Part shown: piece by piece, positions 51,911 through 61,112 of the stretch | Position numbering within the stretch: position 1 is the stretch's first letter | Layout: the number at the start of each line of letters is the position of its first letter | Translations under genes and position numbers: made by a program | The notes under the pieces: model-generated | Databases searched by the model: none | What the model was told of the DNA's origin: nothing | Seen by the model: the letters and a program-made list of their open reading frames with translations, nothing else | NCBI GenBank assembly: GCA_963666365.2 | Contig: CAXXNF010000002.1 | Span: 1,792,001 to 1,856,000, forward strand | Direction: 5' to 3' | Source: Syntrophales bacterium | GTDB taxonomy: Bacteria > Desulfobacterota > Syntrophia > Syntrophales > UBA2210 | DNA: 64,000 nt

Positions 51911-54111
51911 TCGTCGAGCCGTATGCCGCAGTTCGAGTAGAAGAACGGGATGCGGCTCTGCTCTGCGGCGAGCCGGGGCGCCGGCAGCCAGCCGGCCCGG
52001 ACCGGCAAGTCGAAGAGGCGGGCGGTGGCGAACCGGGGCCAGAAGCGGCAGAGGCCGGGCACAATGACTCGCGTAACCACAAGCCCGTGCCCGGGCCGAG
52101 TAAGATCGATGGCCACGACCTCTAGGCCTAGCGCGGCACCGCGGGCCACCAGCAGTTCGATATCGTCTTTTAGGTTGCCGGTTTCCTGGCGCGGGAAATC
52201 GCTCGCTGTCCGTCGGGGCGCGTTAGCGGGGGCGACAAACGGTTTGGCCCAGAGTGGTTCCGGATCGTACTGCAAGCAGAAGTCGTGGAGCCGGAAATGG
52301 GGGGTCCAGTACCAAGACTGGCCCAACTCGGTGACGGCTCGATTCAGGGCGATGCCGGGATCAAGGTCGGCACCGAAACCCATTCGCGGGATCTCGCTTG
52401 GATTCGTGCGGTGGCGCGCCACTGCGACCACCACAGGCACATTAAAATCGTGGGTCAGGTCGAGAGCGTAGAAATCCCAGCCGTGCCGATCAAGATAGGC
52501 GCCCAACGGTTGCATTTGGGGCAGGGAGAAGGAATCGAGATCGAGCGCTGGCCGGGGGATCTGGTTGCACCACCAGATTGTGGCCGCATCCCGCTCAATT
52601 ACCTCGAGAAAACCGTGCAGCAGCGCTTCCTCAAGGCACCCACCCGAGGCTAGGCCGTTGGTGGCGGCATCGGCATAGTTTGTGCCATCCTCAGGAGGAA
52701 TCGAGAAATAGACGAAGGAGCGGGGCACCAGGCGCTTGGCCCGGTGGGTCAGGGACCAAGCTGGCGTCCAGGTTAGCTTCATGTCCGGTGCAAAATTGCC
52801 GGGGCCGAAGACGGGATCGGGCGGGCGGGTCGCGGCCCACTCCAGGTAGTCTGTTTCGTCGCAGCCGTAGATGCGGTGCGGCGGAACGGCTTCCCCGGCA
52901 ACTTCCGCATAACACGCCTGCACTACCGGTTCGTCGCCGCGATAGTAAGCCGAGGTCCGTTCGATCGCCTCGGCCACTGCGCTCAAACGCCCCTGCAGCT
53001 TCGTGAAGCCCTTGCCGTTACCGCCTGTGGGAACGAGGGCGCGCTTACGGTCGAAAAACCCAGCGTCGATAGGTACCGAAAAATGCGCGAGATGCGGGTA
53101 ACCGAATTCCGGCGGTACGCCGGCGAGCGGCGCCACGCGCTGCACAATCCCGGTGTGCGGGCTGATAAGCGGTTCGAGACTCGCCATGGCCTCCGCCGAG
53201 TCCCGGATGCGCAGACCGTTCTCCCGTGAGAGCTGACGGGGACGGGAGGTCAGGGTGAGCGGGGGCCCACTGTCGGGCCGGGCCCGGCGGGGGGCGCAGG
53301 TTTGGCATTGGCTGTCGTTGTCGACGCGATGGCAGCGTAGCGCTGCAGTGGCCAGATCGACGGTTACCAGGTGACCGCTAAATGCCGCGGCGGCCGGGCC
53401 GGTACCGGTTTTGCCTATTTCCGCCGCGAGCAGTTTGAACGTCGCACTGAGCGAGGCCTCCGAGCGTTCGCGGGAAAGGCGGAGCGGCTGGCCCGAAGTG
53501 CTATGGTCCAAGTGCCAGGCTTCAAGGCTGTGATTGCGTCTCAGCCGGGATATCAGACAGCCAAAGCAAGGATCGCCGTCGTGGCCGAAGCGCGGTCCGA
53601 ACCAGGGAACGCGGCCGACCGCCTTTACCGGGAGCCAAGACTGGCCGTGACTCCGGCTTGTGGCAAATTCGGCCAACTGCGGATCAAGGTAGTCGTCAAT
53701 GATGACTATTCTGAGCGGCAAGGGAACTAGGGCGGCCAAGTAGTGTTGCAAAAGCGGGCCAGCGCTGGGTTCCGTTCCTAAATCCACGATTTCCGAGAAC
53801 GCGTTTTTCCGGCTGGGCATTGCGTTGGCCGCGGTTAGCGGCCGCTTCGCGGCCGCGCTGCCGCCGGTCTCGAGGAAACCACCGTCGTGTAGCCGATTCA
53901 ATTCAAAAAAGACCGACGCCAGTTTGAATTCGGGCGTTAGCGCCTCGATAATCTCGTCTTCTTTCCGGGGACGGTCAAGCAGAGCGAGTAAACGCACCGG
54001 TAACGCGCCATACACAATAAACGTGTCGGTTTCACACAAAAGTGCTGCCGAGGTCCCGCTTAGCACGATATGGCTGAAACGAGGACTGAATTGATATACT
54101 GGATTTACCAC
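51895..54111 (-). CDS. fused TOMM cyclodehydratase (RRE, E1-like and YcaO domains)
   Basis: WFGPRF..PCFGCL, CQTC, AEAIER, TNGLASG..LEEA....EVIERDA, VIVPGL. Confidence 0.92.
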   Translation of the reverse strand: MVNPVYQFSPRFSHIVLSGTSAALLCETDTFIVYGALPVRLLALLDRPRKEDEIIEALTPEFKLASVFFELNRLHDGGFLETGGSAAAKRPLTAANAMPSRKNAFSEIVDLGTEPSAGPLLQHYLAALVPLPLRIVIIDDYLDPQLAEFATSRSHGQSWLPVKAVGRVPWFGPRFGHDGDPCFGCLISRLRRNHSLEAWHLDHSTSGQPLRLSRERSEASLSATFKLLAAEIGKTGTGPAAAAFSGHLVTVDLATAALRCHRVDNDSQCQTCAPRRARPDSGPPLTLTSRPRQLSRENGLRIRDSAEAMASLEPLISPHTGIVQRVAPLAGVPPEFGYPHLAHFSVPIDAGFFDRKRALVPTGGNGKGFTKLQGRLSAVAEAIERTSAYYRGDEPVVQACYAEVAGEAVPPHRIYGCDETDYLEWAATRPPDPVFGPGNFAPDMKLTWTPAWSLTHRAKRLVPRSFVYFSIPPEDGTNYADAATNGLASGGCLEEALLHGFLEVIERDAATIWWCNQIPRPALDLDSFSLPQMQPLGAYLDRHGWDFYALDLTHDFNVPVVVAVARHRTNPSEIPRMGFGADLDPGIALNRAVTELGQSWYWTPHFRLHDFCLQYDPEPLWAKPFVAPANAPRRTASDFPRQETGNLKDDIELLVARGAALGLEVVAIDLTRPGHGLVVTRVIVPGLCRFWPRFATARLFDLPVRAGWLPAPRLAAEQSRIPFFYSNCGIRLDDWRSR

Positions 54112-54248
54112 AGCTTATTCATATCATTCACTACTGATACCTCCACTATGGAATTTATCTGCTTGCGAAGCAATCTTCTAACAAGTTTAATGTGTTAGCT
54201 CTATATCACCCAGGATATTGCAATTCAAGATTAAACTACATACTTCAG

Positions 54249-54900
54249 GGAATTCCGGGGACACCTTACTTATCTCTTTTTTTAGATCCAGGGCTTTGAT
54301 GCTTAAGTCTTCGGCCCAAAAGGTGTTCCATTGTCCCAATAAAAGAATCAGTTCCTAAGGGCCGACCGGTTCATTCGTGTTTTCTAAATAACGCTATTTC
54401 CTGATCCTGAGCATCAAAGGACAAGAAGTCTTCCCAAGGCTCATTTACTATTTCCAGCAATGGCTTTGTTTTTACAAGGATATCATCTTTGCCTTTCATA
54501 TGTGGACTGGCACTACTCCATTGCCAGTCGCCAGGCTTTTTTTTCACCAAGCCTGCCCGAACAGGATTTACTTCCACATATCTAGTACATGCTAAGAGAT
54601 ACCCCTCATCCATGATAAAAGATGAAAACCTTCCCTGCCATAAGTGCCCACGCCATCCTTCACGAAAATTGATCCATCCTGTGTATCTTCTGTGCGCTTC
54701 ACCAATTGCCTGATTCAAACCTTCCTTTGTTTCAGGTACAACAATCAATCGTTGAAAAATGTGTGCTTCTGCCTGTTTTCTTAGTGTGTTACATGATGCG
54801 GGATTCCCGGCGCTATTGCTCTTGCTATTCGTGCCATGTTTAGAATCAATCAAACTGGCTGGCTTTTGTCAATAATTAAGTAAGGTGTCCCCGGAACTCC
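54249..54900. mobile_element. defective RAYT (REP-associated tyrosine transposase) element with 24-bp terminal inverted repeats
   Basis: GGAATTCCGGGGACACCTTACTTA at 54249-54272 and its inverse at 54877-54900 (1 mismatch). Confidence 0.8.
54266..54837 (-). pseudogene. RAYT/IS200-like transposase pseudogene
   Basis: MARIARAIAPGIPHHVT..., GHLWQGRF, RYVEVNPVRAGLV, WQWSS, RKHE*TGRPLG; stops plus an internal deletion that removes the HUH motif. Confidence 0.82.
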
Positions 54901-54927
54901 CAAATAAACATATCTATTTCACTTTCA

Positions 54928-55009
54928 ACCTAACGTCAAACCTAACGCGCGAGGGAAGGCCAGAGCGAAGCGGCGGCCTTCACTCGTCGCGTTCAGGTTC
55001 TTGTTGGAC
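54928..55009 (-). other. attC site
   Basis: ACCTAAC...AACCTAACGCG/CGCGTTCAGGTT...GTTGGAC; R'' is complementary to R' at 58679-58685. Confidence 0.85.
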
Positions 55010-55940
55010 GTCTCCTTGATGGAGCAGTTTCCTGGCTTCTTCGACGAACCCTTGCAGGTTGGGTGCCGCTGGAGGATCGTCGAGCAGTGCCTGAAGCGTC
55101 TTCTTCGCGTCTGCCACTGAGCCCCGGTGATACTACAGAACTCCGAGCGCCAGGCGGAGTTGCTTCCTGTCAGGGAAGTGGGCGATTGACTGGGAAATGA
55201 AACTGACGCATTGGTTTATCATCTCTTCCTCATATGAGGTCTTCTTGGCAAGGCCGAGACGGTACTGGTCCCTGGACCGTCGCAGGTCGCCAGTGAAGTT
55301 GTAGAGAAAGGCTAGTCCGAGGTTGCCGATGGAAGCGGCTCGCGGAGCCAGCAGATCAGCTTTCTCTTCCGCTCTGATTGCTCCCCTAATGTCCCCGGAG
55401 AGAAAGAGATAGATAGCTCGCGAGTTCTCGTGAATGGAGTTCTGGGGATCGAGTTTGGCCGCCTGTGTGACGTTCTTCAGCCACGCGGCGAGCAGATTGG
55501 GCGGGATGTCGTATATCTTTCCCTCAACTAACCACTTCCTGTACTGGTCGCCCGTTGCCATGGTCAGGGCATAAGCCAGATCAAACTGCACCTGCATCTG
55601 GAATCGTCTTACGGGAAGCGAGGTCTTCTTTGGGAACGCAGCCCTAAGATCCACGTGCAGCGGTCCCAGTATCTTTGCAGCTTCATCATGTCGTCGGTCG
55701 ATCAGCAATGCCAACCCAAGGACGTTGCGCACGACGATACCAATATCCTTGGCAACAAGTCGCTGGTCAGCGATTCGTGTTCCCTCACGTACGTGAAGTT
55801 GACGCTCAACAAGCGACATCGCCAACGTTTCGTGGCGTGAACGGTGGATGCGTGCAGGTCGGTGCACACAGGTAATGGAGATGTCAATGGTCTTTTAAAA
55901 ATGAGCCATTTTCGGTCGTGAAAACTGAGCCACTCGCCTC

Positions 55941-56711
55941 TTAACCATGGTCCATTTTTTCCTCCCCTTGCTCAGTGTTTTTCCGAAGTCTGTAACTGTT
56001 GCCCCGGATATTTATTATAATGCTGTGATGGAGCAGGCGATCCAGAAACGCCGTGACGATGACCGGATCGTGAAACAGCTCGGTCCAGTCGGAAAAGGCC
56101 TTGTTGGACGTGATCACAGTGCTGGCCTTCTCATAGCGGTTGGCAATGAATCTGAAAAAAAGGTTGCATTCCTCTCTGTCGATTGGTGTATAGCCGACCT
56201 CGTCAACGATCACCAGTGCCGATTTGTAATAGCTTCTTCCTCTGCCTTTGCGTCCTGCCTCGTGATCTTTTTTCAGTTTCCCGATTAGATCCTCCATCGT
56301 CGTAAAGTAAATGCTCATGCCCGCCTGACAGGCCTTCAATGCGAGAGAGACGGCCAGGTGGGTCTTGCCCACGCCCGGAGGCCCCAAAAAGATGACATTC
56401 CCTTTCTCACGGATAAAGGTCAGATCGAAAAGCGACATGACTTTCTGACGATCCAGCTTGGGTTGAAAGGTAAAGTCGAATTCATCAATGCTCTTGATAA
56501 AGGGGAGCCCCGATATCTTCAGCGCCGTTTCCACCCGTCGCTGTTCCTTGCAGGCGATTTCCTCTTCCAGCAGTTCGTCGAGAAAGGAAAGATAGCTTGC
56601 GCTTTTTTCCTCGGCCGTTTTGGTCGCCTGTACAAGTATGGCGCCCATTCGGGAGAGCCGAAGCCGCGTGAGACTGGACTGTATGCGATCGACAAGCAAT
56701 GTCTCGTTCAT
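55941..56711 (-). CDS. istB: IS21 helper ATPase
   Basis: GPPGVGKTHLA Walker A; DEVGY; TSN; DRLLHH. Confidence 0.95.
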   Translation of the reverse strand: MNETLLVDRIQSSLTRLRLSRMGAILVQATKTAEEKSASYLSFLDELLEEEIACKEQRRVETALKISGLPFIKSIDEFDFTFQPKLDRQKVMSLFDLTFIREKGNVIFLGPPGVGKTHLAVSLALKACQAGMSIYFTTMEDLIGKLKKDHEAGRKGRGRSYYKSALVIVDEVGYTPIDREECNLFFRFIANRYEKASTVITSNKAFSDWTELFHDPVIVTAFLDRLLHHSIIINIRGNSYRLRKNTEQGEEKMDHG

Positions 56712-57967
56712 AGGCCCATCTCCCCGACGAGCGAGTCATACAGCGCTGTGGGACGGATTTCAACGTCCATGGTGGCATAGGACGACTTCAAGGGACTGAT
56801 GGTGCATTTGGCGCGTCCCTTACCGTGTCTGCCCCGGCCATATTTGCGCTTGTTCATCTCCCGGTCTTTTCTGAGCGCCTCGTAGAAGCGGGGATCTTGG
56901 ACCAAGTTCCCCTTGCCTTCCGGAATGTCGTACGTCGCCAACAGGCAATCGTCGTGGAATATCCGCATGCATCTGTCCTTGACCCGTAAAATCAGATGCT
57001 TCCCCACCACGGTATGGGGCACTACATAACTGTTGCCTTCGAAACGGACCAGGCAGTCCTTGCTGACCTTGCGGTACACGCGGTACGACGTATCGAAAGG
57101 GCGGGAAGGCAACGCCTGTAAATGAGGAAGTTCGCGGGCGAAACGGCACGCTACGACTTCATGGGTGGTGCCGTGCACACGCTCGTCTTTCATTGCAATC
57201 CATTGCTGAAGATCTCGATTGGCCGTTGTGAGACACACATATCCGTACCCCCTCCAGAACCCTTCACGGATGAAATGGTAGGGCCGCTCGACTTTTCCCT
57301 TCACCCAGGCGGCATAGGCGGGGGCAACCGCCGGTTTGAACCCATTATGCAGCGCAAAGGCCATCAGCGTGTCGTTGAATCGATCTTTGCCGGCCAGTTT
57401 CCCGATGAACACGTTTCTCATGCGATCGTAAAGTATCTCCGCCGGGATGCCCCCGAAATGTTCGAAGGCGCGAATATGACAATCGAGAAAGGTGGGCAGG
57501 TCGCATCGCTCAATGAATTCGCCATACAGTTTTCTGGAGTATCCCAGAATCATTGAAAACAGATAGAGCTTCTTGACGCTCCCGTCGGCATTGGCAACCT
57601 GGAATTCACCAAAATCCACCTGCGCCTGAAAGCCCGGCTCCGTCTCAAACCGCATATAGGCCACGCGCTGTTGTTCCGCTTTGAGCTGATGCACCTGCCT
57701 TTTCACGATTTCATAACTTCCGGTAAATCCCATTGCACGGAGCCGATCATAGAGCAGGGTGGCCCTGTACTCGCCGTCTTCCTCCAACCATGCCGCAATA
57801 TTGTCCCTATAGGGATCTACGAGACTCTTGCGCTTCGCCTTCTCTCTCGTAACTCCCTGATCCCCTTGATTCTCTATATACTTCTTCACCGTGTTCCTGC
57901 TGATCCCCAGCTTCCGTGAAATGTGCCTCTGGCTCAGTCCTCTTCTCTGTAATAACAATATGTCCAA
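56708..57967 (-). CDS. istA: IS21 transposase
   Basis: N-terminal HTH; RFETEPGFQAQVDFG; KGKVER. Confidence 0.95.
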   Translation of the reverse strand: MDILLLQRRGLSQRHISRKLGISRNTVKKYIENQGDQGVTREKAKRKSLVDPYRDNIAAWLEEDGEYRATLLYDRLRAMGFTGSYEIVKRQVHQLKAEQQRVAYMRFETEPGFQAQVDFGEFQVANADGSVKKLYLFSMILGYSRKLYGEFIERCDLPTFLDCHIRAFEHFGGIPAEILYDRMRNVFIGKLAGKDRFNDTLMAFALHNGFKPAVAPAYAAWVKGKVERPYHFIREGFWRGYGYVCLTTANRDLQQWIAMKDERVHGTTHEVVACRFARELPHLQALPSRPFDTSYRVYRKVSKDCLVRFEGNSYVVPHTVVGKHLILRVKDRCMRIFHDDCLLATYDIPEGKGNLVQDPRFYEALRKDREMNKRKYGRGRHGKGRAKCTISPLKSSYATMDVEIRPTALYDSLVGEMGL

Positions 57968-58678
57968 AACGGTCTCCTTTTTTTCAAATCAGCCACCTCG
58001 ATTACTCTGAGATAAATAACCATACTTTACTCATTCATCTCATTAACTCCACCTCTAAGTGGCTCACTTTTAAACGACCATTTTTGGCTCAGTTTATCAC
58101 GACCATGAACAGGAGAGCTTGGAGAACCCTGTTGTCTTCCCATCAGCTGACTCCTGCTGCTCAAATGGCCCCCAAACAGCAACAACGCCACGGGATTCCC
58201 GCAGCATGCGCGTGGCCTCTTCTGCTGAGTCCAGAGAAAGGTTGGGAGGTAGGCGCTTGAGATGGAACCGCACTCCCAGTTCATGGGACTTGATCTCTTG
58301 CCTCAGATGGACAAACAGTCGGTCTATCACGTCCTGTGTGGCTGGTGCTGCATTGGGGGCGAAGAGAATACCAAGCTCGTTCCTCTTGAAACGTGGAACC
58401 GAGCGAATCCGGGACCAGAACCCCGCAGCGATGAAAGGCGCGAGAAGGAACCCAAGCAGATAGAACGCACGACACCACCCGAGTGCCCCGTCGCAGCCCA
58501 AGGAATTCAGCAACAGTACTACGTCGCGGCCGACTGCCCGCACAACACCGTAGTAGAGCGCTTCGGCCGCCAGCAGGAGCACAACCAAGCCGTCAGCGAA
58601 GTGCAGCCTTTTCCGGAGAAACTGCAGGATGTCGATCGCCTTGTCCATGGTTGCGACTGGTTCTCCTTCTTTTCCTCC

Positions 58679-58739
58679 GTCCAACGCCCGGCATCAACGG
58701 CCCGAGGTACGAGGGTCCGCTTGGATGCCGATGTTAGGA
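58679..58739 (-). other. attC site of the CBASS cassette
   Basis: GTCCAAC..CGGCATCAA/TTGGATGCCG..GTTAGGA; contains the Cap15 stop codon; complementary to 60398-60404. Confidence 0.88.
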
Positions 58740-59393
58740 TTTACTTTCCCCTTCAACTGAAAATGCACCTTGTGCGTCTGAGAATCGCGTACATAAATCA
58801 TCGATACGTGAGGTAAAATCCATCGTTCCAGTAGTTTTACGATCAGTCCAGTATTTTGCAGTAAGTGTTTCTGGTTTCAGACTCGGCCCGTGAGTCTCAA
58901 TGATGATGGCACCTTGGTGCATCTCACTAATTCTTTCGTCTCGGAGGTGAACATTGGGCTCATTAGTATAAACCCCGATAATTTGGAAACCGTTACCATT
59001 GGGTGACGGTCTTACATGGTCCGCGATAAACCATGACTCAGATTCAGGGGTCATTAGATGCATTTGAAGCTTAGAAAGCGTCTGCTTGACGCCCATATAG
59101 CAAACAATCATTGGGACACGTTCATTGGTTTCGGGGCTTACATAACTTGATTGGAGTTCGACACGCCATGTTCCCCTAAGATCGGGCCGCTTGACGAACC
59201 AACCGTGAAGAAATGAGTGACGCCATAAGACAAATTCAAAGAGTAATCCGAGCCCGACTAAGCAGCTGACAACAACACTGAAGGGGCGGGCATGAGACCA
59301 AGATATAGGTGTGCCCTGACATAACAGCACAATCAGCCAAATGATCACGGCAATGGCAAGGAAAGCTGTAATATGGAGTCGATCAAGTTTCAT
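58734..59393 (-). CDS. cap15: CBASS Cap15-type effector (2 TM + beta-barrel)
   Basis: two TM helices, then RPDLRGTW, IGVYTNEP, HQGA, YWTDRKTTG; ATGA overlap with the cyclase. Confidence 0.85.
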   Translation of the reverse strand: MKLDRLHITAFLAIAVIIWLIVLLCQGTPISWSHARPFSVVVSCLVGLGLLFEFVLWRHSFLHGWFVKRPDLRGTWRVELQSSYVSPETNERVPMIVCYMGVKQTLSKLQMHLMTPESESWFIADHVRPSPNGNGFQIIGVYTNEPNVHLRDERISEMHQGAIIIETHGPSLKPETLTAKYWTDRKTTGTMDFTSRIDDLCTRFSDAQGAFSVEGESKS

Positions 59394-60316
59394 ATTGGCT
59401 TTACTCCAACATAATCCCACGCCGCATTAATAAAAGCGTGTGCTTGTTCTCGTGTCCATGGTTGCACTACATGGAAGAGGTATTTGATGTCATCAACTTC
59501 ACACCATTTATCGCAATTTGTCACTTCGTTAGTATTCTGCCATAGATATCTTAGCACTGACTGGACGCGGTCTACCCAAGTATACTTATCAAAACACCAA
59601 TTTGGTGCATTCCATACAAGACATTCAAGAAGATAACCAGGAACGGCTTTTGCCTGATCGTTGCCTAAGTCCTCCAATTCAATACGCAATTTCTTCAAGA
59701 TGCGAACCATTCCTTTAAAGCGTTGACTTGTGGAGCTGTTTTTTGAGACACCATTTTCGTAGTGCAACGGAGTAGATGGCCAGTAATCTACTAGACGCTC
59801 AGGATAATTCTCGATTCTGCGTATGCTATTGTCGGGGTAAAGAGCAACTCCTGCACGATAACTACCATTGTCCCAATAATGTCGAAATTCGAAAAGTGGC
59901 ACAACATCAGCTTCAACTCGTGTCTGAGTTGCTTTGATATCAAAGGCCTTGTTACCTCGTTTTACTGCAGCGATGCCAAAGTAATCGACGAGGGCTCCCT
60001 CTAACTCATTTTTGAACTGTGAGAAAGAGTAGCCAGCATCACTGTTTCCAAAATCGGCATGCTTTTTCCCTTCTGGATACTGTGAGAGGAAGTAATCGTA
60101 GAGCATCACACCAACGTCTACGTCGCTGTCTTGACGAACATTAACACGGTTGCGAAACGATCCTTGTGTGAAGACTTGTATTTTTCTATGTTGAAGTTTC
60201 GGGCTTTGACTAACTGCGGCTTTAATAGCTCGAATGACTCGCTCACAGCGTTCCTGCTCAGTCTTACTGGGCGACTGTGCCCAAAAGGTAAAAGTACTCT
60301 CCCAATCACGACTCAA
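59390..60316 (-). CDS. cdnE: CBASS cGAS/DncV-like nucleotidyltransferase (CdnE-like)
   Basis: QGSFRNRVNVRQDSDVDV, GNKA, ADVVP, NYP, FKGMVRILK, YLLECLVWN. Confidence 0.9.
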   Translation of the reverse strand: MSRDWESTFTFWAQSPSKTEQERCERVIRAIKAAVSQSPKLQHRKIQVFTQGSFRNRVNVRQDSDVDVGVMLYDYFLSQYPEGKKHADFGNSDAGYSFSQFKNELEGALVDYFGIAAVKRGNKAFDIKATQTRVEADVVPLFEFRHYWDNGSYRAGVALYPDNSIRRIENYPERLVDYWPSTPLHYENGVSKNSSTSQRFKGMVRILKKLRIELEDLGNDQAKAVPGYLLECLVWNAPNWCFDKYTWVDRVQSVLRYLWQNTNEVTNCDKWCEVDDIKYLFHVVQPWTREQAHAFINAAWDYVGVKPI

Positions 60317-60397
60317 TGCAATTCTCCCTATGAATTTATCTACAAATTATGAGGACTGATAATGTTTTCATTTTCTTCACTCTTCGTCTACTAGTAA

Positions 60398-60480
60398 TCC
60401 TAACGCCTGCGCATCACCGGCGGCCTGCCGTAGCCGCTTCGTGGCGAAGGCGGACGTCCGCGTGCATGCGCTTGTTAGGG
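60398..60480 (-). other. attC site
   Basis: TCCTAAC..GCGCATCAC/GTGCATGCGC..GTTAGGG; contains the upstream stop codon; complementary to 61043-61049. Confidence 0.88.
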
Positions 60481-61035
60481 ATTTAGTGATTCAATTTCTT
60501 CTTGCCAAAAATTTTTTACAGATTCAGCAATCTTCATAAAACTTGTTTCAATTCCATCTTTTGTCTCAATAATCAGTTCTTCAGTAGGGGAAATTGATAT
60601 GCCATTAATTTTTTTAATTTGAGAAATTGGAACGCCATTAATCTTGGAAATTTTAGTAATTGGCACACCATTAACTTTTGAAATTCCCCCTTTTGAAGCT
60701 TGCTTCGCGGACTTCACAATATTCACTGTGCTATTGTGATAATGTTTATAAATGATCGACAAATCGTGACAAATTTGAAGTTCAGGACACAGCCGGTAAA
60801 CCTTTTCAAAAAATATTTTCCAAGTTTCGCATCCTTTTTCTTCTAACGCCTTATTAGTATCGGGATAATTAAAAACCTTATCCGTTAGATGCCATGCTGT
60901 TAATGCGAAATTAATTGCATGATCAACATGCTCGTTGATGTCTTGTCCGACAGATTTGGATAGTCGTCCATACTCTCTATTTAATTTCTTTAAATCTTCA
61001 AAAGGGCTTGAATTTCTAAATAATTTATCGTTCAT
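60475..61035 (-). CDS. hypothetical cassette protein, possibly HEPN-like, with a 3x KINGV repeat
   Basis: single-ORF cassette; NFALTAWHLTD and ICHDLSIIYKH; ISKVNGVPITK-ISKINGVPISQ-IKKINGISIS. Confidence 0.75.
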   Translation of the reverse strand: MNDKLFRNSSPFEDLKKLNREYGRLSKSVGQDINEHVDHAINFALTAWHLTDKVFNYPDTNKALEEKGCETWKIFFEKVYRLCPELQICHDLSIIYKHYHNSTVNIVKSAKQASKGGISKVNGVPITKISKINGVPISQIKKINGISISPTEELIIETKDGIETSFMKIAESVKNFWQEEIESLNP

Positions 61036-61042
61036 AATCCCT

Positions 61043-61110
61043 CCCTAACGTTGTGGATGAGGGGCGCGCCGCGATTTTTTGCCGCGTCCCTCTCTAGCCG
61101 CTTGTTAGAG
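61043..61110 (-). other. attC site
   Basis: CCCTAAC...GAGGGGCGCG/CGCGTCCCTC...GTTAGAG; complementary to 62037-62043. Confidence 0.85.
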
Positions 61111-61112
61111 CT

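Larger units (their letters stand above)
55882..58111 (-). mobile_element. IS21-family insertion sequence
   Basis: TG...CA ends with repeated TGAGCCA boxes; 5-bp target duplication GGAGA (55877-55881 and 58112-58116); istA and istB. Confidence 0.95.
54980..58648 (-). pseudogene. 2-TM + TPR-like cassette gene interrupted by IS21
   Basis: removing the IS and one GGAGA joins ...GFSKLS-ITCVHRPARI... in frame; additional TAG at 55133. Confidence 0.8.

Noticed and set aside
54371..54373. Selenocysteine read-through of in-frame TGA codons (RAYT; NTF2 leader near 45185)
   Set aside because: The positions are not catalytic Cys equivalents, the RAYT has other lesions, and simple nonsense mutation explains both.
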